A stretch of 62,710 bases of DNA, taken from contig MHDZ01000090.1 of the NCBI GenBank assembly GCA_001805055.1, positions 1 through 62,710 on the forward strand, written 5' to 3'. How positions within the stretch are numbered: position 1 is the stretch's first letter; every line of letters starts with the position of its first letter. The notes beneath the pieces are model-generated. The model saw nothing but the letters and a program-made list of their open reading frames with translations, searched no databases and was not told the DNA's origin. Below, in pieces: positions 55,745 to 62,710 of this stretch. The translations under genes were made by a program, and so were the position numbers. This DNA comes from Nitrospirae bacterium GWC2_57_13. GTDB taxonomy: Bacteria; Nitrospirota; UBA9217.

Positions 55745-57325
55745 ATGAAAAAAATTGTATTGATCACTTTCTGTGCCGTTCTTTTTGCAGCTTGTCAGCC
55801 GGGGAAGCTCGTCCGCGTACCGCTGGGCGGCCCGGGCGATGTTCAGCCGCAGATCATCAAACTGATGGACCTGGGCAGCCTGTCGATCCCCGATCAGGGG
55901 GAACTGAATACGCTCGAGAGCGACGAGACCTTCATCGCCGGGGAGTGGGTAGCTGTTGCAGGAACAGGGCTGAATACGAACGGAACCAGGCTGTATCTTG
56001 ACGGGACGGAAACGCAGGTCAGGGGCGGGCTCAAGGGAGGCGGCTTGATCTTTCGTCTGCCTCGGGATCTGAAGTTCAGGCATGCGTATACGGTCCGCGT
56101 TGAGACGCCCAGAGGCGCAGCCGAGAGCAAACTGCAGGTAGCTAATCTACTCGCAATGGCGGATGCGCGGGAGAACCGACTTGTTTTCTGGAAGACGTCG
56201 GCGGAGAAGAAACGCCTTTTCGAGGAACAGGAACTGACAATGCCCTGTGCCGAGGCCGGTCCCTTTGCCCATGCTCAGAGCGGCGGCATTCTCTATGCAA
56301 CGGCACGCGGCGCCAAACAGGAAGGACCTTCTCCCTACCAGTTGAAGACGGTGCACCTTGGCGCCAAGGGAGGTCCCCGGCAGGTTTTCTCGACCGGCTA
56401 TGAGGCAAAGAACGCCGCCGTTTCCCTCGTGCCGACCGCATCCCACCTCTTCATGTTGACCGACAGTGAACTTGTGATCTTCTCTCTTGCTGACCCGGTG
56501 CAGCCGAAGCTCATTGCGCACAAGTCGCTTCCGCTGCCGTCCAAGCATGCGACGTACCGGGACCTGATCCTGCTGGGCGATGGGAGCAAAGCCGTGGTGC
56601 TGGAGCAGGAAAACAACCAGGTCTACCTGATAGACCTCGCGGATCCGGCCGCGCCGACGGTCGCCGGGCCCTTTGCCGTTATCCCGGCCGCAGGATCGTC
56701 CTATTCCGTCGGTCTGGCGCCGGACCGGGGAAATGCAAAGGCATTCTGGCTCCTGACCGGCGTGAACACGCAGCAACTGCGCGAGCGTTTCCAGGCACTC
56801 TGGCACGACAACCCGGAGGACAAGACGCCCACCCGGACGGCGCTGTATCATATCGAGCTGAATGACAGCCGGCTGGCCGCGCGAGGCGAGCCGATCCTTC
56901 TTCCCGAGGGCGTTATGCCGCTCGGCCTGTCCACTGAGCGGGGCGGAGATGTGCTGATAACCGCCCTTGCCTATGAGAAGGAAGTGCTGGCCAAGACCTC
57001 GTTCTCGCTCAAGGGAGCGCGCAACCTCGTGAAGGGGCTCTGGGATTCCATCTTTGCCGGCCGCGTGTACCGGGTCACTCCGCAGGGAGCGGTCACGAAC
57101 GATCTTAAGTCGGTGAACCTGTTCGTGTCGCTTGCGCAGATCGAGGGCAGTCCCCTTGTCTATTCGAGCTATCGCCTGGTCACGAAATATCTCAGGCCCT
57201 CCGTCAAGGTGGTCCTTGCCGTCGATGTTCTCAAAACCCAGACCTTCAAGGTGCGTGAGGTGGAGATGGAATGGAAGATGGTGTTGCCGCCTTATAAGTT
57301 CTTTCCGGAGGTTGCGTTGTATTAG
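55745..57325 (+). CDS. Lipoprotein with IPT/TIG-like N-domain and probable beta-propeller
   Basis: Lipobox LFAACQ. An Ig-like segment (GEWVAVAGTGLNTNGTRLYLDGTE…YTVRVETPRG) precedes repeated strand-rich blocks. Confidence 0.65.
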   Translation: MKKIVLITFCAVLFAACQPGKLVRVPLGGPGDVQPQIIKLMDLGSLSIPDQGELNTLESDETFIAGEWVAVAGTGLNTNGTRLYLDGTETQVRGGLKGGGLIFRLPRDLKFRHAYTVRVETPRGAAESKLQVANLLAMADARENRLVFWKTSAEKKRLFEEQELTMPCAEAGPFAHAQSGGILYATARGAKQEGPSPYQLKTVHLGAKGGPRQVFSTGYEAKNAAVSLVPTASHLFMLTDSELVIFSLADPVQPKLIAHKSLPLPSKHATYRDLILLGDGSKAVVLEQENNQVYLIDLADPAAPTVAGPFAVIPAAGSSYSVGLAPDRGNAKAFWLLTGVNTQQLRERFQALWHDNPEDKTPTRTALYHIELNDSRLAARGEPILLPEGVMPLGLSTERGGDVLITALAYEKEVLAKTSFSLKGARNLVKGLWDSIFAGRVYRVTPQGAVTNDLKSVNLFVSLAQIEGSPLVYSSYRLVTKYLRPSVKVVLAVDVLKTQTFKVREVEMEWKMVLPPYKFFPEVALY

Positions 57326-57375
57326 TGGAGCGGCGGTGCAGGGAGGAGAACTTCAGGCTGGTGCGGGAGCGGTGA
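57325..57375 (+). repeat. Direct repeat, right copy (orphan duplicate of the aldolase-gene 3' end)
   Basis: GTGGAGCGGCGGTGCAGGGAGGAGAACTTCAGGCTGGTGCGGGAGCGGTGA encodes [16 protein letters not shown], versus [16 protein letters not shown] at 52354-52404. Confidence 0.85.
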
Positions 57376-57437
57376 GGGCCGTGAAGACGCGGCGGTAAAG
57401 GCGCAAGAAGGCAGGGGATAAACCGCAAGCTCTGCCT

Positions 57438-57945
57438 CTACGCTTGCTTCTTTCTCTTCCTGTCCATCAGGGCCTCGATATATTCAATGTGTTTTATCTG
57501 CTGTGCGCGCGGGTTTTCCACGACTTTCAACATAGTGACAAGATCTTCGAGGAGAGGAACTCTGACAAAAAAAATCACCGGCAGGGTCTTTCTTTATGAC
57601 GGCACGTTCATAGGCATCGCCGAAGCCTATGGTGGCGCTTTTCTTTTTATTCGAAAAAGCTTTCACGAAAAAGACATCCACTTTGAAGAATTCGCCGTCG
57701 GTAAACGTATCAAGAGGTCTGCTCTCAGTCTTCGAGTGTTTCCCATGAAGACCTGATTGCCCGAGGATTTTGTAGACCTTTGCTCTGTCTTCACTGGACA
57801 CCCAGAAGTCCCAGTCAGCTGATCCGAACGGCGCGCCGTGCATGGCCAGCGCCATGGATCCTCTAAGCAGATATCTGACATTATCCCTGTTGAGCCTTCT
57901 TATCAGCTCAATAGGAACCGGTTCGACGTCGCCTTGTGACTTCAT
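57438..57945 (-). pseudogene. Nucleotidyltransferase-fold protein (TA-toxin-like), frameshifted at an A8/T8 run
   Basis: VRYLLRGSMALAMHGAPFGSADWDFWV resembles the minimal NTase fold. After the run at 57567-57574 the alternative frame reads FVRVPLLEDLVTMLKVVENPRAQQIKHIEYIEALMDRKRKKQA* (stop 57438-57440). Confidence 0.5.
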
Positions 57946-58096
57946 GTCCGGGTTGCACCTCTGTAAGGGTCTTCAGATAAGCAAGGGCCTTCCTTTGCTT
58001 TTCAAGGGCGCGAATCTTCTGCGAGGGAGAGAGCGCGGAGAACTCCCTGATGTTCTTTTGTATCGACTGTTTTCGGGTCGGAAGTCCTTTTTTCAT
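57908..58096 (-). CDS. Small protein upstream of and overlapping the NTase gene (antitoxin-like position)
   Basis: 62 aa, basic, overlapping the NTase start by 38 nt. No family is recognised. Confidence 0.3.
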   Translation of the reverse strand: MKKGLPTRKQSIQKNIREFSALSPSQKIRALEKQRKALAYLKTLTEVQPGHEVTRRRRTGSY

Positions 58097-58170
58097 GAGA
58101 GCATTATATCAGGGTACAGTGGAAATCTCAAATTAAATGCTGAGCTAATCCTCCCCGCGTCCAGGCGCGA

Positions 58171-61100
58171 TCACACTTTGACCACCGGTTCCAGCCTGCT
58201 GCTGTCAAGGAAGAGCAGATAACCCTCCACCTGCTTCAGCCTGAAGATCTCCTTCACCGCCTCGCAGTAGATTCTGACCTGGGGCAGATAGTGTTCCTTC
58301 CATGATGCGGCCGCATCCTGATCCTCGATCATGATCGCCTTGTAGTCGATCACAAAGCCCTTACCGTCCTTCACGATCACGCGGTCGATCACGCCGCTCA
58401 CCAGATCGTTCCCTTTACGAAGCAGGAAAGGCAGTTCCGCGTAGGCATCGGGAGAGGGTTCGAAGATCCATCCCAGGCCGGCATTTCCAGTAATAGATTT
58501 CATGACCAAACCCACATCGGTTAAAAACCGCTCCCGCACGTCATGGTCGAGCGTCTGCATCTCAGGATACTCCCCGAGAACGGCTTCCAGGTCGTATGAT
58601 CCTTTCTTCGCGTATTCCTCAAGACAACGGTGGAGGATGATGCCACGCAGCCGCGGGGAGACGGACCGACCCGCCTGCACGAGTGGCTGATCCATGTCCC
58701 ATTCCTTCTCGTCGTTAATGTAATCTATCGCTTTTTTCCATTCCGGCGTGTCAACTACATCAAGGTGGCGCAGGTTAGCGAGAACGGCAGCGCTGTCAAC
58801 TGCAACAGTTGGGCTGGACTGCTCAGGTGATCTTTTTCCAACTCCGTACTGCTCCGGCATATGTGTTTGAGCTGCCCAGTCCGGGTATGATCGCTTCACG
58901 ACTGCCGGGCCACTATTCTCTGCCCTCTGCGAAGGGACCGCGAGCGCCCCGTACAGATAGCTCAGCCATGTATTGTCCTTGGCAGGCTTACTGCTGTCGT
59001 TGGGAGTGCCGATCATGAAGAGGTGGTCCCGGGCCCGCGTCATGGCAACATAGAGAAGCCGCTGATGCTCACGTTTCAGTTCCTCCTTTTCCCGCTCCCA
59101 CAGCTCATCATAGACCGGGCTATCCGCGTCCTTCAAGGCCATCCGAACGCGGTCGTCGGATTCGACGATCGCGAGAGGCCCGGCAGTGAGGGACCGGGGC
59201 TGCTGGTTCAGGCCCGGCAGGAAGACCACGGCAAATTCCAGTCCCTTGGCCTTGTGCACCGTCATGATGCTGACTGCGCCCTGGAATCCGGGAAGGTTCA
59301 TGTCCGCTGTGGCCTCGCGCTGCTCAGCCTCGCGGATGTTCCTGACCCACTCCACGAAATCCTGCAGCGTGGTGTAGCCCCGGCGGTCGAAGTCCCGCGC
59401 CGTATCGAGCAGCTTGTCGAGATTGAAGATGGCCTGGGGGTTCTGTTTGCCGAAGCGTATGTATGCGCCCGAGTCCTGAATGATCCGGTGAATCAGCCCG
59501 GCGAGAGGCTCGGTGCCCGCGTACTTCGACCAGTCGTTGAAGCGGGACCATGCCTGGGGCTGCCGCTCCCGGAGGACCGGGAGCGCATCCTTGTTGCCGG
59601 AAAAGACGTCGACGATGGCCTGGTCCGGGAGGCCAAAGAGCGGGGACCGGAGCGCTGCTGCGAGGGCAAGCCGGTCGTCGCGGTTCCAGAGGAAAAAGAG
59701 GGTGTTCAGGATCGCCTGGATCTCGTCTTCCTCATAGAACCCGATCCCGCCGACCACGCGGAAGGGAACGCCTTCCTGCTTCAGGGCGGCCTCGTACTCC
59801 TTCAGCCGTGTGCGGGACTGGATGAGGATCGCGCAGTCGCCGTACTGGACGGGTCGGGTTTTCCAATCATCATCCAATCCCCCCGTGCCCCCCTTTGTTA
59901 AAGGGGGGATTTCTTTTCCTCCCCCTTTGGAAAAGGGGGATGGAGGGGGATTTGCAGGAGAGGTCTTTTCATGCACGAGAGTCCCGTTATCGACCAGTGT
60001 TCTGATTTCGAGTGCCAGCACCCCGGCTTCGCTCAGGCCTATCTCTGTCCCTGTCTGTTCGCCAAGGAAGACCTCGATCAGCTGCACGCTTCCCTGGTGC
60101 CTGTTCCGATCTGTTGCGGAGCGCTTGTACGCTTCGCCCCAGAGAGCGCTGAAAACCTGATTCACTGCCCCGATCACCTCGGGCACGGACCGGTAATTCT
60201 TATCCAGCGTGCGTATCTCTCGCGTGCCGGGCAGCAGGCTCTCTTCCATTTTCGTGCGAACGTTCTCGATGAGGCGATAGTTCGCCTCGCGGAAACGGTA
60301 GATGGACTGTTTCGCATCGCCCACAACAAAGAGGGTTGAAGGCATGGGCTTGTCCGCGCCGAGGCCTGCGAATATCTCCTCGGTCAGCTTCCGGAGAACA
60401 GCCCACTGGATGTCGCTCGTGTCCTGGAACTCGTCGACCAGGAAATGGAGTATCTTGCGGTCGAGCCAGTAGAGGATCTCAGGAGAGTCCGCGCCTTTCA
60501 GCAAACGGTAGGCGAATATCTCCAGGTCATCGAAGTCCAGGAGCCCCTCCCGCAGCTTTGCGGACCGGTAGTTCTCTTCAGCGCGGAAGAAGAGACGCAG
60601 AAGGCTCAGGGCTTCCCGGCCTGCCTGGGCGCGATGATAAGCAGCAAAGAACCGCGACAGGACATCCTGGACCTGCGAAGAGAGCGTTTCGTAAACAGTA
60701 TAGGGGAATGTTGTCTTGGCGAGGTATTTTCCTTTTGCTAGTGGAGGTCTTTTTCGGGGCTCGGCCTTCTGGGTGAAATAAACGGGCCTGATCAACTCGG
60801 CAGTTCGATAGGCTGCATGCACATCAGGCGCTATGGCGAGAGAGCCGTGTTCCGCACCGCGGCACTCTGCATACTGGTCAGGCTGCGACCTTAGCAGGAG
60901 CTCCATCTGCAGAAAGAGGGCCTTCCAGTCCGGGTCCCTGATAAGCGCGTTCATCTCCGCTTCCGCAGCCGGGGTCTCCATGCCGGAACTGACAATGATG
61001 AGCAGGTTAGCGGGGCCGCCAGCGTCGATCTCCAGTCGCTTGATCCTGCTCCTGAGGGAGAGCAGGAAGGCGATCGTATCGATCAGCTCATCGGCGCCGA

Positions 61101-61527
61101 AGCCGCGCAGCGGAGCCATGATCTCCTGGTCGCGGTCCGATGATTCGAGGGCGTTTTCAACGGCCTTTTGCACCTTGTAGGCCCGGTCGCGCTCGTCCAG
61201 CACGCCGAAGTCCGGCGGCAGGCCGGCTTCAAGGGGATAGCGCTTCAGCAGGTTCATGCAGAAGGAATGGATCGTCGAGATGCGCAGGTCCTGCCGTCCC
61301 CGGATGATCTTCTTGAGCAGGGCCTCGGACAGGCCCTGCATCACCCGTTCCTTGATCTCGGCCGCGGCCTTCTCCGTAAAGGTGATGGCCACTGCCTGGT
61401 CAAGGCGCAGCCCGGCCGCGTCAATGCGGTCCAGCAGCGCGAGATAGCGCTCCTTCAGCGCCCGCGTCTTGCCCGAGCCGGCCGAGGCGGAGAGGTGGAT
61501 GGATCTGTTGGTCGCAGTGTTATCCAT
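58171..61527 (-). CDS. addA: UvrD/Rep-type helicase with C-terminal PD-(D/E)XK nuclease (AddA-like)
   Basis: Walker A SAGSGKTRAL, DEFQDTS, VHKAKGLEF and nuclease motif GVIDRVIV…FVIDYK. 1118 aa. Confidence 0.9.
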   Translation of the reverse strand: MDNTATNRSIHLSASAGSGKTRALKERYLALLDRIDAAGLRLDQAVAITFTEKAAAEIKERVMQGLSEALLKKIIRGRQDLRISTIHSFCMNLLKRYPLEAGLPPDFGVLDERDRAYKVQKAVENALESSDRDQEIMAPLRGFGADELIDTIAFLLSLRSRIKRLEIDAGGPANLLIIVSSGMETPAAEAEMNALIRDPDWKALFLQMELLLRSQPDQYAECRGAEHGSLAIAPDVHAAYRTAELIRPVYFTQKAEPRKRPPLAKGKYLAKTTFPYTVYETLSSQVQDVLSRFFAAYHRAQAGREALSLLRLFFRAEENYRSAKLREGLLDFDDLEIFAYRLLKGADSPEILYWLDRKILHFLVDEFQDTSDIQWAVLRKLTEEIFAGLGADKPMPSTLFVVGDAKQSIYRFREANYRLIENVRTKMEESLLPGTREIRTLDKNYRSVPEVIGAVNQVFSALWGEAYKRSATDRNRHQGSVQLIEVFLGEQTGTEIGLSEAGVLALEIRTLVDNGTLVHEKTSPANPPPSPFSKGGGKEIPPLTKGGTGGLDDDWKTRPVQYGDCAILIQSRTRLKEYEAALKQEGVPFRVVGGIGFYEEDEIQAILNTLFFLWNRDDRLALAAALRSPLFGLPDQAIVDVFSGNKDALPVLRERQPQAWSRFNDWSKYAGTEPLAGLIHRIIQDSGAYIRFGKQNPQAIFNLDKLLDTARDFDRRGYTTLQDFVEWVRNIREAEQREATADMNLPGFQGAVSIMTVHKAKGLEFAVVFLPGLNQQPRSLTAGPLAIVESDDRVRMALKDADSPVYDELWEREKEELKREHQRLLYVAMTRARDHLFMIGTPNDSSKPAKDNTWLSYLYGALAVPSQRAENSGPAVVKRSYPDWAAQTHMPEQYGVGKRSPEQSSPTVAVDSAAVLANLRHLDVVDTPEWKKAIDYINDEKEWDMDQPLVQAGRSVSPRLRGIILHRCLEEYAKKGSYDLEAVLGEYPEMQTLDHDVRERFLTDVGLVMKSITGNAGLGWIFEPSPDAYAELPFLLRKGNDLVSGVIDRVIVKDGKGFVIDYKAIMIEDQDAAASWKEHYLPQVRIYCEAVKEIFRLKQVEGYLLFLDSSRLEPVVKV
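59888..59939. repeat. Two C-rich/G-rich palindromes embedded in frame in addA
   Basis: CCCCCCTTT-GTT-AAAGGGGGG (59888-59908) and CCCCCTTT-GGA-AAAGGGGG (59921-59939). They are translated on the minus strand as PSPFSKGGGKEIPPLTKGGTGG. Confidence 0.8.
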
Positions 61528-61631
61528 ATTTTATAAAAAAAGTTCTTCTGACTTTTCCGTGGTCCGATCAACCGTCTCTTTCCTTATTTAATGAGTACCT
61601 AACCTGGATAACCAGAACCCAAAAGACATCT

Positions 61632-61737
61632 CTCGCAGAGCACGCAGAGGACGCAGAGTTAAATCGAAATCTTTAGGTTTGTTTTAAACACATAAGCTGG
61701 ATTTGCTCGGCATTTCTCTGCGAACTCTGCGCCGCGA
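61632..61737. repeat. 9-nt tandem-repeat hairpin element in the addB-addA spacer
   Basis: CTCGCAGAG CACGCAGAG GACGCAGAG (61632-61658) and, about 57 nt later, CTCTGCGAA CTCTGCGCC GCGAG (61716-61737). Confidence 0.75.
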
Positions 61738-61755
61738 GCATATTCCCGTCCTTCT

Positions 61756-62710
61756 TTATGGTTCCCTCCTGCACATCGTTTTATTTTGACAATACCGGCA
61801 CTTCTTCTCATCCTGAGGCCGGGACAGGAAATCACCTGACAGGATGCCTTCCACTGCCTGGCGCGCCTTGTCCATGCTTCTTCGTAATATCTCTTCGAAC
61901 TCTCCGGAGCTTTTCGGGCTCGACCGTGGCTTCGTAGTGGGCTGGTCTTTCAGCACATCAGCATTAAACAGCACCACGTCCCTGGCCGCTCCCTTGTATT
62001 TGCCTGCCAGGTCATAATAGACAAGGCCGATGGCTCTTTTCAGGAGAGGCATATCTTCAGATGATTCTGCGGTCATCGCCATGACCGCGTAGACAGGCAG
62101 CTGAAATATCTCCTGCTCCAGTCCGGTTCTCGGAAGGGGATAAGCGCCTGTCTTGTAATCAACGATCATGAAATTGCCCTTGTCATCAACGTCAATGCGG
62201 TCGACCTTGGCATGGATTTCGACGACCGTTTCGTCCGGCAGGGGGAGTTGGAATGACTCGATGGATAGTTCCAGGTACGCCGGTGTGAAGCCATGCTTCC
62301 AGAACTCCTTTTCAGCATCGAGGAACCGTTCGGCCATGACCAGGAGGAAGAGTTCCTTTTCGCGCCGGTTGCGGAAGGTGTCTGCCTCGTTCTGGAAGGC
62401 CCGTACAGCAAGGGACCTTAGCAGCTCCCGCGCCTTGTCCTCCTTCTCCGCAGTGACCGGTCCTTTCCACTCTTCGTAGAACTGCCGCAGGACCGCATGG
62501 ACCTTGCTGCCCCGGGCAAGGGGCGAGATGTCCTCGGTCACTTCCTCGAGGGGGGCGATGCCGAGTACGTGTTTGACATAGTAATCATAAGGACAGGCAA
62601 GATAATCATCGAGCTCCGTGACCCGGAAGACGCGTTTCGCTGGAGGGGTGACCTCTGTTGCTGCGGTCGATGGCGAGAAGGCCAGAGCAGTCCTGATGCC
62701 TTCCATCCCC
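61756..62710 (-). CDS. addB: PD-(D/E)XK nuclease with Fe-S Cys cluster (AddB-like), C-terminal part (5' end outside window)
   Basis: DRIDVDDKGNFMIVDYKTG nuclease motif. An N-proximal Cys (LACPYDYY) plus C-terminal CRYCQNKTMC (C-x2-C-x5-C) are arranged like the AddB iron staple. The frame is open to the window edge. Confidence 0.75.
   Translation of the reverse strand, partial: GMEGIRTALAFSPSTAATEVTPPAKRVFRVTELDDYLACPYDYYVKHVLGIAPLEEVTEDISPLARGSKVHAVLRQFYEEWKGPVTAEKEDKARELLRSLAVRAFQNEADTFRNRREKELFLLVMAERFLDAEKEFWKHGFTPAYLELSIESFQLPLPDETVVEIHAKVDRIDVDDKGNFMIVDYKTGAYPLPRTGLEQEIFQLPVYAVMAMTAESSEDMPLLKRAIGLVYYDLAGKYKGAARDVVLFNADVLKDQPTTKPRSSPKSSGEFEEILRRSMDKARQAVEGILSGDFLSRPQDEKKCRYCQNKTMCRREP

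Overview
Moderately GC-rich bacterial chromosomal segment. I saw no rRNA, tRNA, CRISPR array, transposase or integrase. Left part (1-19 kb): a two-component cluster (HK fragment, CheY-like RR, hybrid REC-GAF-PAS-HK-REC kinase) and a frameshifted galT-like gene. A metal-resistance region follows: a Met/His-rich secreted protein, a TlpA-like lipoprotein, a multicopper oxidase fused to a CopB-like domain, a Cu P1B-ATPase and several small orphan genes (hotdog, HEPN-like, HMA-like, Lys-tailed, Cys-rich). It ends with a Cus/Czc-type outer-membrane factor, RND pump and DUF3240-like gene that look more GC-rich by eye and have no membrane-fusion protein between them. Middle (19-52 kb) is mostly housekeeping: mscS, malQ, MFS, pldA, NmrA-like, a divergent REC-PilZ pair (one copy degraded), trmH-like, iscR-iscS-iscU-tusA, HD-GYP, yhaM-like, ftsY, zapA plus a candidate 6S RNA, rarA, rny, ymdB, xseA/xseB, ispA, dxs, tlyA, a DUF3786/Fe-S protein, typA and a class II aldolase-family gene. 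Right part (52-62.7 kb): a roughly 5-kb, partly AT-rich insertion bracketed by a duplicated 3' end of the aldolase gene. It carries a secreted M23-like protein, three tiny membrane/lipoprotein ORFs and an IPT/propeller-like lipoprotein. A nucleotidyltransferase TA-like pair and addB-addA follow. The most unusual signals are non-genic. (i) A family of 7- to 9-nt tandem-repeat blocks followed by their own reverse complement sits at gene 3' ends. (ii) C-rich/G-rich palindromes are inserted in frame inside the Cu-ATPase and AddA. (iii) A conserved hairpin leader lies upstream of mscS, ftsY and ispA. (iv) A dispersed repeat lies upstream of xseA and tlyA. Three genes are broken at homopolymer runs, which could be assembly indels or real decay. 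The iscS homolog has Gln at the PLP-lysine position. Synteny suggests a Desulfobacterota/Nitrospirota-like anaerobe, but this is inference only and nothing was searched.
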